64,000 nucleotides of DNA from Eledone cirrhosa (GCA_964016885.1 OZ024750.1:11284001-11348000), one strand, 5' to 3'; shown: positions 13,526 through 27,968, counted from the first letter of the stretch. Notes: generated from the sequence alone by a model not told the origin. Numbers and translations are program-made.

Positions 13526-15145
13526 AAATAACAATAAATATGTTTACTGAAAGTTTTTGTCGTGAATGGCTAGAAATACTGCTCCGTAATCCAAATTGAT
13601 CAAATATAGAATGTGACATGTAGTGGGCGAGTGGATCTGATTTAGGGTGAGCAAAAATACGATGTTATTAAATTTTCTCAACAAAAAGCAGTCTTACGTG
13701 TAAAGCAGACGTATGAATGACCAAACAAATATATTGGATTTCAATGAAAAGATTTTCAATTATTAAATAATTTAAAATAATGACATTCAAAAGAGGACGG
13801 CATTTCCTATTGGAAATAATATTTCTCGTCATTGGTTTGGCTTCGGTATCTGAAGATAAAGTTCTGATGCTTCTTTTTTAAAGATATGGAGTGTACGTAA
13901 CAAGTACTAACTGACTCAATATTAATATACATTATTTGACGGCAAATCAACATCGTTTATTGAATTATATGCGTTCTGGCATTCTCCATTGAAATACAAT
14001 TTATAAACATTAAGATATATTTAAATATGTCAAATACATTTTAAGAGGACAAGCAACAAATTTTACAAACGTATTAAGAATACATTATGAAATGACTTCA
14101 ACCAGATAAGAACACCCTTGGTTAATTTTGCTCTACGGTCCTCGTAAATCTATATTATAAAAGAAAAGCTGTTATTCCGTCTGTCTATCCATCACACATA
14201 TATCTAAAAGGAGTGAAAAGGGAAGGAATGAAAATGGGAAGCAATCCCCTTTTTTAAGTTGAGAAGGGAGGGGAAATAACTTATGTCATGCTTTTAGTTT
14301 ATTGCAAGGGTTAGAGATAGTAGATAGAGATCTATATGAGTGGGTGGTGGTGTGGAGCCTGTGGGGAAGGGGTGGCTAGTATATATTAATTTAATGCTTA
14401 GGTAAAAAACAAACATTTTAATTGCTGACAGTGTATTACTGGTACTTACTTTACCTAAGCTGTACTTAGAAAATAAAGTCGACCACGATGTGATTTGAAA
14501 CACAACATACCGAATCGAAAGTAAAGACACTCTATTATCCCAGTTATTCATGGAATTAACTATTAAATTTCTTAGTAATGTTATATACTTCTTTATGTTT
14601 ACTTTTATATTTCCAATACCGAATCAGACTGATACAATAAATATGTTATACTACTATTCAACTTCAACTAATGAAATTGAACTGAACAGTTTCAAATATT
14701 GGCTGACAATATAAAGTTAGAAACTGTGAACTATCATTAGTTAAACTACATCATTTTTCAGACGTTTTCATGTTTTTTTGTCTTTTGTTTAATTTTTTTT
14801 TTAATTTAGGCTAATTATGTTAAAGTCTCCTTGACCTTCACATAATACTCTAAAACACTTGTGTCAATCTGAACATTAGAAGTGATTTCCTAGAACTATT
14901 TTGAATTCTCCTATATTCCTCCAGACAAGTAGAATGTAATATGAATGAACCCGAACAGAAATGTAGCAGAACCACTCAAACCTGTCATTAACTTGCTAAG
15001 TGAACGCTTATACTTTTTATTATATTTTTCAACCCATTTATCTGTCATTCTCACATACACTATATACTTCCTCTAACACAGAGAGAGGGAGAGAGAGAGA
15101 GACAGACACAGAGAGAGGGAGAGAGAGACAGAGAGAGAGACAGAC

Positions 15146-15184
<39 letters not shown>

Positions 15185-15259
15185 GAGAGATACATAGAGA
15201 GAGAGAGAGACAGACAGAGAGAGAGAGAGACATACAGACAGAGGGACAGACGCACACAC

Positions 15260-15292
<33 letters not shown>

Positions 15293-15388
15293 GTATACTA
15301 GGGAGAGGATCAGGGGTGTATAATACTAGTGCGGATGAAACGATGTTAGCAAGTAAAGATATGCATATACTATAGGCGTTCTTTGTTA

Positions 15389-15462
<74 letters not shown>

Positions 15463-15530
15463 ACTTATGAATTTGTTTTCTTTTCCTTACAATCGTCTAT
15501 CATTTATTTCTTATTCTTTCTTTCATACTA

Positions 15531-15567
15531 TGTTCTGATGAAGGACCAGCATTCGAACCGTTAAGAC
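15531..15567 (+). ncRNA. Degenerate minimal hammerhead (family J)
   Basis: TGTT-CTGATGA-AGGA ccagca TTC-GAACCGTT-AAGACA. GAAA is mutated to GAAC; architecture is similar to the 63890 copy. Confidence 0.4.
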
Positions 15568-15697
15568 ACCTTTCCTACTCTACTAAGCGTTGTACTCTAT
15601 TGTTCTCGTGTGTTGATTTTCCTTGTTCACTTATCATATATTTATATATATATGTAAGTAAATAAATATATATGTATGTATGTTAATATATATATAG

Positions 15698-15966
15698 TGG
15701 TGGAACACTGGAAGGTAATATCCGTAGTGGTAGAGCACTCAGTCCATGGGACGAGTTAGGTAAAAGTGGTTACACAACAGTTAGTTCACCATACCGAGAA
15801 CAATTGTTTCACCTTAGCGGATCCTCAGCTCGGAATGGACATGGTTATAGGAACAGGAAGGACAACCGTACCACAGGAAGGACAACCGTACCACAGGAAG
15901 GACAACCGTACGTACGGTTATCCTTCCTGTTCCTATAACCATGTCCATTCCGAGCTGAGGATCCGC
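15698..15966 (-). mobile_element. Fold-back short element (family E1) with HHR and internal 20-bp triplication
   Basis: Inverted arms 15817-15870 and 15912-15966; ACAGGAAGGACAACCGTACC x3; the 3' tail ends in (TA)n at about 15697. Confidence 0.75.
15789..15838 (-). ncRNA. Type I minimal hammerhead ribozyme
   Basis: Reverse complement CCAT-T-CCGAG-CTGAGGA-TCC gctaa GGT-GAAAC AATT GT-T-CTCGG-T-ATGG: intact core, perfect 5-bp stem I plus a 4-bp extension, palindromic stem III (AACAATTGTT). Confidence 0.85.
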
Positions 15967-16036
15967 ACGCAACAAATAATTGGAGTAAAAATACGATATA
16001 TTAACAAATGGAAACTATAATTATAAAACCATATTT

Positions 16037-16099
16037 ATTTCATTATACATATTTCAAGGACACCAAGTTAAATTATGGTGTACTTTCATCAGATAAAAT
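16037..16099 (-). ncRNA. Type I hammerhead ribozyme (left-arm copy)
   Basis: Inverted copy of 16236-16298 with an intact CTGATGA/GAAA core. Confidence 0.75.
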
Positions 16100-16235
16100 A
16101 TAATATAGAGCAGTTTTATAAATAAATATTGACATACCCTTAAATAATGCGACCATTTTCCGGGAACTTCCAACAGAAATGGTCGCATTCTTTAAGGGTG
16201 CGTCAATATTTATTTATAAAACTGCTCTATATTAT

Positions 16236-16298
16236 ATTTTATCTGATGAAAGCACACCATAATTTAACTTGGTGTCCTTGAAATATGTATAATGAAAT
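16236..16298 (+). ncRNA. Type I hammerhead ribozyme
   Basis: ATTTTAT-CTGATGA-AAG C ACACCA taatttaact TGGTGT C CTT-GAAAT atgt AT-A-ATGAAAT: 7-bp stem I, long stem II, minimal stem III. Confidence 0.8.
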
Positions 16299-16341
16299 AA
16301 ATATGGTTTTATAAATATAGTTTCCATTTGTTAATATATCG

Positions 16342-16407
<66 letters not shown>

Positions 16408-17951
16408 TAAATGATTTTCAAATTACTGTGCAATCTCCATTTGAAACCTTCAGTGCTTTGCTCTCAGTAAGTCTAGTTACGACGTGTCTCTTTAATATGG
16501 GGGATTAATATGAAATGCGCAATTCTAACTGAACAAACATTTATATCTATCCTCGTAGTCCATATGACTTTATCTGTTTGATAATAATTTATATTCAACA
16601 AACGTTCATATCTTATTTATATAGATATTTCTGTAATGCCAAATGAAAACAGTTTTAGTTTTATCTAGAGTTTTAAATAATTGAATTATTACGGATTGTT
16701 TTCAATGATATATAATATGAAAGATATTAAGCGATAGAGTCTGATGCAGTTTATTATATGAATTCTATAATCTTTTCTGTGTTTTTATTCGTTAAAAATA
16801 TTGACCATTAATAAATGAAATATTAACCTGAAATAAAGTTACTGCAAAGAAGTTGGGAGGAAACAAACATTATAAAAGTGCCGTATTCAGTTTTGGTCTA
16901 ATATGTTTTAAATTCAAACCCTACCGTTAAGAGTAATGATCCAGGATTTTCAGGCTGGATAATTGATCTGATTTTAATGAATTTGCAGTGCTGATCTCGA
17001 ATCTTCACTGTTATAACAATATATTTCTCGATGAAAATAGAAAATGATTATTTTAGTAGAGTCTTAATTGAAATAGAGTTAATGAGTGTAATACTTTTGG
17101 CTACTTCAGACCAGTTAAGTTGCCAGAATTATGTCAATTCTAAACTGACTACTCTTCAAGACCTCTGATATGTCAAAGTAATCAGTCTTCCCGCTATGTC
17201 ACATCACATCCTTCGCACAACAAAACTCCTAAATATATTGCTAACAGTTATACAGAGGAAGAACATTACCAATAAAAAAGCTAGAAACTAATTAAGAAGA
17301 CTTCGATCACTATATCAAAATATGAAAGGTTGCCATTATAAAACCAAATGTTGCTTTAGTATAATACATCACGTAGCCTCTAAAAACATCAAGAGAACTT
17401 TGTTTTTTATAAATTTGCAAAATTCTTTTTAACCTTCAATCCTAAATTTAGATCACTTGTAAATATCAATTCTGCAGAGGAAGCCATTATATTTGCTGTT
17501 TGTTTTGCTACAATTCCCGTAGTGCACACTTACGCATGCGCACACACAAGAAAGCTGCTTCTGGATCTGTTGCTCAGTCCCTATTTATATCACTAATATA
17601 TAATTACTGTTAAACTTCTATAAATAAGCAGCATCCTTATAAAACTTAAATACTTTAAGCCATTTTTTTTGTTATTATTGTTTCATTGTATTTTGTATTG
17701 CAATAATGTCGTTGGTTTCAGGGTTCCAATAAACCGATGACGGGGTCATAACATTTCCTATTACGTGAATGACAGGGTCACTGCATTTCTGATGACGTGA
17801 ATGTCAGGGGAATATTAGTGTAACTCGATGTAGATCAAATATCACGTGGTTCTTCCTTCGATAAGGTTTGGATGGATTTTTCGTTTCGTTTTTTTTTTAT
17901 TTTCTGTTATTTATATATTTTGTCTATATATGATGACGAACGATATGCCAC

Positions 17952-18155
17952 ATGAAGGAGTCGGCTGAAAAGTTCATAGACTGACCAAGATACTCTCATG
18001 GAATGACCAAATGAGCTCTATTTTTCTACATAGTCCTCGGAAAGAAACAATGCAGTTATTAATAAGAAAGAGTTGAAATTAATGCATGCAAGATTTCACA
18101 GCTCTAGCATCACTCCTTCATAGTCAGCCTATGAACCTTTCAGTCGACCCTCGTA
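17952..18155. mobile_element. Mariner-like MITE
   Basis: TIRs GTCGGCTGAAAAGTTCATAGACTGAC and GTCAGCCTATGAACCTTTCAGTCGACCCTCGTA, with a TACGAGGG-type mariner end. Confidence 0.75.
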
Positions 18156-19216
18156 TCCTATATTTAGCTTCGTCCGGTCTCGTACGATTCGGATAGCCAT
18201 GATTGAATATTCATTCAAATACTTTTGTATTTAGAGTGACTGTTATTACTTCTTGTTTCGTTTCTCAGTGTTCTGGATTCAAACCCATCTTGATAAAGCA
18301 GGACCATCATTAATAGTGTTCCAGTCGTGACCATCCATCTTTTTATATCCGGGTTTACGTTCTCCAATATGTTTCTATATTCAAGCCGACAGTGTATACT
18401 TGTAAAGAGATTTGCTATTTCTTGCAGTTTGAACATTTTTGACACTCGCTCGTTGGTTCCGTAAAAGTACATCTAATATCCTTTTCGGTAATATAATTAA
18501 CTTTGAAATGCTACTTTTAAGATTATTTCTCATCGATTCCAACCACAATTCCAACGAAACTAGCATGAAATTCTCACCAAATAAAATTCAGTATTTCGCT
18601 ATTGAGTTGTGACGTCCATATCGTTTTCATTTGCTTTTGATTGTAACCTGCAGCATTTATAACATTGTCCAGTTGTATGGTTTCTAAACGTTGTTTATAT
18701 ATATATATCCATATATCTTTTCTTTATTTTGGTTTGTAGATATTGATTTATTCTATACCTGTTACTAGCAGGAATATCTTTGATTGCCATGAGATGGTGT
18801 GGTTCAAGCTATTTTACAACATAACACTGTAATATAGATCTACAATACGGTAATATATATTTTACTGAAATACTTTAAGCACTTCATGTATAGCAAATAC
18901 TATTGATATTGAAGATGCGATGGGCACTGTAGTTTTGCGTTTGATTGTTCTATATATCAATTACTACTCCAAGCCTTTCTTGAATATTAGTTAGGCTTCG
19001 TAAAGCAAACATAATAACACTACAAAATTAAATTTTCATTTATGATAGAATAGAAAATATTCATTACAAAAGCTTCAGTTGTCTTGAATGCATACGATAT
19101 TGTAACATAATAATACCAAACTTCTACAGTAAAATGTTGGTCTTCTACAGTAAAATGTTGAATCTCCTCCTAACTGAAGAGATTGTAAAAGGCATTTACA
19201 CACGAACGCACGCGCG

Positions 19217-19314
<98 letters not shown>

Positions 19315-19949
19315 TAGTAATAAGTAATAAGCGATGTCTGAGACCTGAACCACTAAGATTGTCTGTGTGTATTTCTAATCTTTGGTATGCAAGTTTGAAA
19401 GTTATGCCAAAATTTGTGATATATATGTAAAATATTCTGGAAAATCTTATTAAAAGACTTGACTCACGTACAAATGTGATAACACAAGATGAATGAGAGA
19501 AACCGGTAGATCGAAATTCCTCGAATACTTTCACCAGCAACTTATACAGCAATGGTTTTACATGTAAAGGTGTCGACTTGTAGAACTGTATCAAGCATGA
19601 ACATCATTCCCGAGACATTTGAAAAACCAACAGATGTCGTCTAGATAGATGTTATTCTAATATATCAGATCAGTCATCCGTATATGACTACAACGAAAGC
19701 AAAACAACTTCCACTAAATTTCATGGCTGATCAACTGGACAATATATATTTACTTAATAATCTAATAAAAATATTGTATTCATGGATATTAGCAGACTCA
19801 ATTACAGAATACTTAGAACTTTCAACTCTGGAGGCAACGGTCTTACATGACCTTGGCTGTATTGACTAAAGGAAACACAAAACAAACGCTCAAACACTCA
19901 CATACACGCACACACACATACATACATTATATACATACTATAATACGTA

Positions 19950-20148
19950 GATTCCCGAGTTGTGTCAGGGGATAACCACAGTTAAGTAGGTATTCAATAC
20001 ATTGGAAGAGAATAGGCATTTCTTTTTTTTTTTATTTTATATAGAAATGACTTCTACAGAACTAGAAATGATTCATTCGTGTGAAATCATCAGAAATTAT
20101 GATTTTATAAGAAAGAAACAGTTATAGACCTATGGAAGTATTTTATGT
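19950..20148 (-). mobile_element. Family C short element, decayed HHR with partial inverted arm
   Basis: Reverse complement CTGATGATTTCACACGAATGAATCATTTCTAGTTCTGTAGAAG; the tail matches the 31421-31612 copy. Confidence 0.65.
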
Positions 20149-20164
20149 ATGTATATATATATAT

Positions 20165-20335
20165 ACTAATAATAATAAATGTGAAGACTAAAATCCAAAG
20201 AGGGCTCGATAAGGATAAATATATATCAAATATATAAGAACCAGAGAACAAATATTTATTAAAATAACAGATTAAATTTAAGCAAAGAATCGCTGCTTTC
20301 ACCCTTAACGGGATCTTCTGAAACTCAGAAAAGGG
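20165..20335 (-). mobile_element. Family A short element with CAGAAGA hammerhead-like motif
   Basis: Matches 50757-50898 in reverse; the motif lies at about 20275-20327. Confidence 0.75.
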
Positions 20336-20502
20336 TGTGGTAAGTTACCAGGTGGACCCTAACGCACGAGAGTACATAATACTTAGGGTAATAGAGTGGG
20401 TTATAAGAAAAGAGTCAGGACCCTGACGGCTGAGCTCCGGCCGTTTCGACAGCTAGATCGAAACGGCCGGCGCTCAGCCGTCGGGGTCCTGACTCTTTTC
20501 CT

Positions 20503-20504
<2 letters not shown>
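20336..20504 (-). mobile_element. Family B fold-back short element
   Basis: Palindrome 20403-20504 (GACGGCTGAGCTCCGGCCGTTTCGA..TCGAAACGGCCGGCGCTCAGCCGTC) plus the tail shared with the 49.7 and 57.4 kb copies. Confidence 0.8.
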
Positions 20505-20556
<52 letters not shown>

Positions 20557-20599
20557 TGAGAGAGAGAGAGAGAGAGAGTGTGTGTGTGTGTGTGTGTGT

Positions 20600-20654
<55 letters not shown>

Positions 20655-21467
20655 TATTCCTGTTTGTGCCGGGATGCATGTATGTATACCTGCTTTTTAT
20701 CCATGACCTATGGCCATGCTGGTACACCTCCAATAAATGTATGTATGCACAACGGTAGCATATGGCAGACATGAAATACTTTATCTAAGAAACCTACATT
20801 ATAACATAAGATAAGGAAAATGTTTCTTTAGTTATTGACGTTTTGAAACAGACGGCGGTCCTTTCTTTTCCGCTAGTTACATTCGAGAGTCGCTAGGAAA
20901 TGAAATATAGATTGAGAAGATAAAGAAAAAAAAAGTATGAAATGTTAAAAAAACGAAGGAATACAATATGTTGTAGAAAAGAACTAGGGTTCTCACACTC
21001 ATATTTCTTTTGTTTTTGTTGGGTGGAGTTACATATAAAGCTTTTTAAAGAAATAATACTATAGTACAAAATATACTCACATTATCCTTTAATGTGAATT
21101 AAGGGCGAATCTAGGAATACTTGATATAAGTGATATTACATAATGGACTGTTCTTTTAGAGGTGAATATTGATAAAAATAATGTATCGTAACAATATTTT
21201 ACTTGCTATAAACCAGAACTACATCCAGAAGTAAGTATATGTTTGTTTGTTTTTCAAGCAGTGATATTTATATTTTATATTCGCTCAAAGTCGCATATTT
21301 GTATATAAAGTGTGTGTGTGGCGGGGTGTAAAGATGTACAGTCGATGAGTCTACCTTAGTGTGTTACTGATGCTTATTCGAGCCGTTGGTGATGAAAAAC
21401 CATCTACGTGAGCATTTTATTTCCTTGAAATATCGGCCATATTTTTCACAAGTCAAAAAGGGTAAAT

Positions 21468-21605
21468 AGTATCACGTATTTCTGAAAACACTATATAAAG
21501 ACATTATCACGTATTTCTGAAAACACTGTATATAAAGACATTATCACATATTTCTGAAAACACTATATATAAAGACATTATCACATATTCCTGAAAACAC
21601 TATAT
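21468..21605. repeat. ~35-bp tandem repeat x4
   Basis: TATCAC(G/A)TATTTCTGAAAACACTATAT(AT)AAAGACAT repeated. Confidence 0.9.
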
Positions 21606-23005
21606 GTAATGTTAAGTCAGGAATATCTTTCATCATGGTTAAGCAACAAATTTAATAGTTTCATATTTTATCGATTTTAGGAGAACGTGAAGAATGGAAG
21701 CTAAATACTGTAAGGGATTAGGAGTGGTGCTCTACCAATTCTTTAATTATTGCCTAATGTATCTCCACAAGAGGTAGTAGACGACACCTTGTTCATCATA
21801 GCATATCCGTAAATCATATATACTTGAACCTGGAGAGATTATGACATCAGCTCTCCTTTACCTTTTGCTTACCTGCAACCCTTTATTGTTTAGTGGGTGG
21901 GGAGCACAGGAAAACATTATTAGAATGCCGTATTGGTTTCTAGATACGATACTCAATGTCTATAAAGGAATGGCTACGTTTCAAATTTAAACTGAAAATA
22001 CTCCATCATAAAATCTCAAGCGTGTTGCTAAGATAATCTAGCATGAAATCACGTGTTGGTACACCATTCCATCATTTATATCACCTCTCTCACAAACAGT
22101 TTTCTAAGAGCCCCTTGCCTACTCTCATAAACATTACTTTTTATTTGACAAAAAAATCAATAACCATACGTGGAGAAAGTAGCGGTGAGTATATTCCAAT
22201 GAATTTTCCTTCAGTTCTTAAAACAACTTATACTTAATTTATGTAGCATTGAATAATAGAAGAAAGTTTATTCTGAATACAACTACAAAAATATTATCTA
22301 TGAATTTTCTAAATAAAACGGTGTAATCGCTAATCTTTAGACACTGTCGTTCCTTCGCTTTTATGATGGCAGCCTCCAATATATTTTCCGATTGTAACTT
22401 ATTTTAGAAAACACTTTATTCATCCTAAACCTCTGAGATATCGATAAATAACAGAAGTAATGGGGTACATTCTACGTTTTAGAGAAAACTATTTCAGCAA
22501 ATACACTACCCTCTTTACAACAGTAACCACAAGTTTTCAGCGTAAAACGTTGGGAGAAGATGGCTACTATGAAGATTAAATAACGATGATGGCAGACGAC
22601 ACTCATTTGTAGGTAAGGTATGGTGTATATAGCTGACAGATTACTCGATACTTAGGGTAGTAGAGAATGGTTATATTATAAAGAGTCGGGCCCAGACGGC
22701 TGAGTTCAGGGTCCAGATTCTTTATAATATATATATATATATATATAACCTCCTCCACTTCCACCAAGCATGAATCTAATATAACTGTGTACAATTGTTT
22801 CCTGTGTTTTGTTCGTTCATTTTCAGCTATATATATATATATATATATATATAATGTAGGAGGTGAGTTTTATTGTAGTACAATAAAGCAATGCTGGTGA
22901 GTTTTATTGTAGTACAAATAACCATCTTTTGATCTTATATATTATATATATCTATATATAGTGACGAAACATAAGTCAATTGCATGAACTCATAATCCTT
23001 TATTT

Positions 23006-23058
23006 ACTGCTATATATATTTCGATGATAGCCATTGTATGGCTATGACCTCAGGCAGT
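23006..23058 (-). ncRNA. Hammerhead copy with 3-nt core deletion (family K, probably inactive)
   Basis: Reverse complement ACTGC-CTGA(---)-GGTCATAGCCA tacaa TGGCTATCATC-GAAATATATATA-GCAGT, homologous to 32012-32066. Confidence 0.7.
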
Positions 23059-23117
23059 TAGTAAGTTTTTAGATATGCCAGCTCTGAGTTTTTGATGTTG
23101 ATGGTTTTAGAGCCTTG

Positions 23118-23260
<143 letters not shown>

Positions 23261-24276
23261 CAAAGGTCAAATATCATCATCAATGCTAGTGGCTGAAATG
23301 TCAATGTGAAAAACAAACATAGAGAATGTGTTATCTTAAGTGTTCTCTGAGGTTCAACAGACAGATAAGCAAGAAACACACAGATTAAGGTATTATGAAG
23401 AAACGTCTAAAAGACGTTAATAAATATGAGAGAGGGGGAGAAAGAGACAAACAAATGTTTGTTCAGATTTGAGTCCAACTAAATACATAAAATACACTTT
23501 TTTTTTCTGCCTCTGTTCCTTTACATTCTCTTTTTCGATTGGTTAACACAAACACGTGTATCGCAGCTGGCTAATAATCTCTAATAAGTAAAAAAAACGA
23601 GGAAATTTATAACCAGTGGACATTTTTTTATGTATACATTGTTTGTTTGGTTGTTGTTTTTTTTTTTTTTAGTATCCGTCGTATAAGACGAAAATTAGTC
23701 AATTCCATTAACGGAGATTATATAATAATAGATCAACAATTGTTACATTCTATTCTATCCTCACACATATCTAATAATATCATTATATATCTAATGATAT
23801 CATTCAATGAAATTACACATGTGTAGTTACATACATATAATAAATCACCTTTAAATGAGATACACATATAATTATTATGCAAGTGGAAAACATGATCTGC
23901 TGAAATGTTTTACAATGTTTTAGAAAATTATTATGTTCAATATAATGAGAATTAGTACAGTATTAAAACCTATAGTTTAACATTCTCCACTTAAGTAGAT
24001 TTCTGAAATTGTTTTCTCTCGTTGTGTGCTTTAAGATGCTGTTGTTGCTGCTGTTGCTACTGCTACTACTGCTGTTGTTGTTGTTGTTGCTGCTGTTTTA
24101 ACATAACATATGCAGAGAAAGCTGTTAATTGTCGGCATTTTTAGAGCGTGTGATTGATATGCCTTGCAGTAACTGTTCCCGGTCTTTAATGGTGGATTTA
24201 AATCCCGCTGAGCTCAATTCTGTCATTCTTCCTGAGTTGATAAATAAAATACAACACAAATATTGGAGATTATCCA

Positions 24277-24358
<82 letters not shown>

Positions 24359-24749
24359 ATCTATCTATCTATCTATCTCTCTATTTATTTATCTATCGAT
24401 TTATCTATGTCAGTTAGCTAGCAGTCCTGTGACAAGGTCGTTGACGTATCGACGTACCAAAGATCACTCATTTCCTACTGTATGTTTCATTTAATTTTCG
24501 AGTAATTTGGATTTCAGGGTTGCATCTGTCACTTTACTTGACTGAAATTAATATATAACCCTTATAGAGTTGTAAGCGGAGTAATTGGAACACATATGAA
24601 CATTTCGTCATGTCTTCAAAGGCTGGACGAGAAATCCTTTTCAAGTTTGATACCTAGCCCGAATACTTAAAATAGAATGCAAAATGCTAAAGACCCTCTC
24701 ATGAAATTAACATGCAAGTGTCTTAGCATGCTACAAACAGGTACCAACT

Positions 24750-24990
24750 TAATGTAATTCTCAGGATATTTCAGAACGGTACAGTACGTGACAAAGCTGG
24801 TTCTTTAAATTGCAGGTACAGTCCATCCGGCGGACTTCCAAGCAATAACCGTCTACCAAATTTCATTCACAAGACTTTTGGTTGACTCGAGGTTATGGTA
24901 AAAGTCACTTGCTCAATGTGCCAGACAGTAGGATCAAACTTTGGACATTTTAGTTGCGAAAGAAACTTCTTAATTATTTAGACATGCTGC
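24750..24990 (-). mobile_element. Old diverged tRNA/CORE-type SINE
   Basis: Reverse complement contains CACATTGAGCAAGTGACT (CORE-like) and TTGTGAATGAAATTTGGTAGACGG. Confidence 0.55.
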
Positions 24991-25646
24991 ATAATAGAAG
25001 GAAAACTTTAATTTTATTCTAGAAAACCAGTGGCAGATTTTTCCTTTCATATATAGATCATATTGTAACTGTTTGGTTTTAGTTTCTTATAGTCTATGGA
25101 AATAGCCTTGTCTAAGTGATGTATATGTCTGCGATTTCTGTAAAACACATCACTGAGTTGGCACTATACCATTAAATTCCTGGCAATCAATTCTTTTCCT
25201 CTAAATATCGTATTGCATTTCTGTAAAAGACAACATAGTTATTTACTTATTTTTTAAAAATAAAATTCGTAAATCAATTCTTTAATATTTCTTCACAATA
25301 CGCTTTTAGAAATTATATTAAACCGACTTTATCACTATTATTATGTTTTGGTATTTTCACTTGTTTAAGAAAATTACAAATTATCATTGTGACAGCTCTA
25401 TTGTTTTTTTACGCATAAATCAAAATTCCTTCCCCGTCTACTCCACTAATACCACCGGTAAATGATTTCCAAAGCTATTAAAAAGGACTAATAAACATTA
25501 TTAACTGAATTATCTTCTTTCGCATTCAAATATTAAATTGAAACAAATAATAAGAGAGGTAGCGTTGGAGAATGTCGTGGATGATTTTCGTAGGTATAGT
25601 TTATAGATCAGACTTGTATTATAACAAAAATCCACTAAGTAAATAC

Positions 25647-25732
<86 letters not shown>

Positions 25733-27337
25733 GTATAAAACACTATGTTCACGCTTGTTTCGATAGAAAGTATTTCCTTCACTTAACAGCTGTTAAGCCA
25801 AACATCTTTTGAAAATACCTTTTAAGATTGGATTTCATTTTGACATAACTAAATTTAAATATGGCTAGCTTCATGACATTTTAGAAATTAATCAAATATT
25901 TTCTTTTTCTTTGTAATATTTTCTGAATCATGTTTTTCACTTCATTGAAGGTCTGTCATAGATAAAATCCTATAAAATAAATTACTGATACGTGGTATAA
26001 GTGGCAAAGGGGTTAATTTGAATAACTTTTTTTCATTAAAATGTATTAAAGAAGAAAAACATAAAGGAAAATTGAAATAACAATTTGTTGATTTCTTAAA
26101 ATGACATTTGTCACTATTATCTTTCGTTGTTTTTTATTATTATTTATTCTTGTTGTTTAGTTCGATATGAGACCTAATATCATGCCAACCTTAATAATTC
26201 CATCTTTTTAGATATATCTAGCACTATCCAATACATCCTTTCTTTTTTAATGCAGTTTGTTTCTATATTTATTTATATAAAAGGACAATAATTTTTTTTA
26301 TATATTTTATGGCTATAAAAATATTTCATTAGTAACGAAGGGAGGAAACATATTTAAAAATTGAAAGTTAGTTGAAATCTAAGATCAACACTAGATTTTG
26401 TAATTTTACATTCTGAAAAGTTTTACATGATAAAACGATGGAAATTATATATTTTTATGTTCTAGTAAATTTATGTATAATTGTTTGTGAAATTTTTTCG
26501 AAAACAAACATCATCGTTTTGAACGAATAGACATTTTGGCTGAAGAAATAAGCTTAATTGATAAAAACCGCGTGAAATTCTTCATATCGTTTGAAACACA
26601 TCTCTCACAACTACGTAATGACAAATTAATTGATTTCTGCCATTCACGTTTGAACTACCATATTATTTCAGTAAATATCATTACATTATCGTCAGTTCAC
26701 TCTATATTGTCTATTTCTATAATCTATTTTCTTTGTTTTTCAAGAGATAAAGAATTTGAAAACAATATTTCATTTCAATCAATCAATAATACTCTTCTAA
26801 ATGTTTCAGGCGAGCAACATTTATAAAATAAAAATGTTTTGATATAGCAGATGGCTGGCTTTCGTGTATGATTTATGAATTCAGTTGGCTTTATCATACA
26901 CAAAACGCATGAGTTTTATTAAGTACATAAATTTAAGCCGTGTATTTCTGATGTACTGCCGATAAAGTTATAACCTGTAACTTAACCCTGTTTGCTCTTA
27001 ATGCATACATATGTCCATATATACCATATGAATTTGTACCGTTAACCTCCTAAAATGTGCTGGAAATGTCTAATAAATTGGATTAAAGTTGTTTGGTTCA
27101 TTTTGGTTCATAAAATTCTAATTTGGAATATCGAAACCAAGTTAGCGAATGTTTTTAATGTTTATGTATCGATATATGCATAATATCATGTGGATGAGTT
27201 GATGGCGAAGGTTAGTATGTATGTGTTTAAGCAGGTCGGTAGAATTTAGGGAACTGTAGTTGACTAATGAAGGGGGGGGGGTGTTCGAAGAATGATGGGT
27301 AGTTGTGTAGGGTCGCTTATCTAAATAGAAAGGCATG

Positions 27338-27344
27338 TAGATAG

Positions 27345-27406
<62 letters not shown>

Positions 27407-27408
27407 GC

Positions 27409-27475
<67 letters not shown>

Positions 27476-27795
27476 TGGACAGACAAAGGCAGGTAGATAG
27501 GTATATAGATAATTGACAGACAGACAGACAAACATATAGATAGGTAGACAGGTCGCTTGGTATCTAGATAGATAGACAGACAGATAGATAGATAGGCAGG
27601 CAGATGGGTGGGTAGGTAGACAGGTATACAGATAGACAGACAGAGAGACAGATAGGTAGGCAGGTCGCTTGGTATATAGACAGACAGTCAGGCAGGGCAG
27701 GCAGACAGGTAGGTAGGTAGGTAGGTAGGTAGGTAGGTAGGTAGGTAGGTAGGTAGGTAGGTAGGTAGGTAGGTAGGTAGGTAGGTAGGTAGGTA
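27338..27795. repeat. Compound tetranucleotide microsatellite (GATA/GACA/GGTA)
   Basis: Directly visible. Confidence 0.95.
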
Positions 27796-27891
27796 TATAG
27801 ATACATGTGTAAGTAAATATCTATGTAAATAGAAGAGAAGGTTAAAAGCAGGCTCGCATACGTATACTTATTCTGACATGTGCATCAACAA

Positions 27892-27968
27892 CAGGTAGCT
27901 CTCTAGAAAGGTAGCTCTCTAGAAAGGTAGCTCTCTAGAAAGGTAGCTCTCTAGAAAGGTAGCTCTCT
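27892..27968. repeat. 16-bp tandem repeat AGGTAGCTCTCTAGAA x~4.7
   Basis: Directly visible. Confidence 0.95.

Larger units (their letters stand above)
15990..16345. mobile_element. ~355-bp near-perfect palindrome (family E2) with an HHR in each arm
   Basis: Arms of about 170 bp are centred near 16165, with (TA)n directly to the right. Confidence 0.85.

Noticed and set aside
18215-18566. Overlapping minus-strand ORFs of complex sequence
   Set aside because: No recognisable motif. They may be a transposon relic but cannot be assigned without a search.
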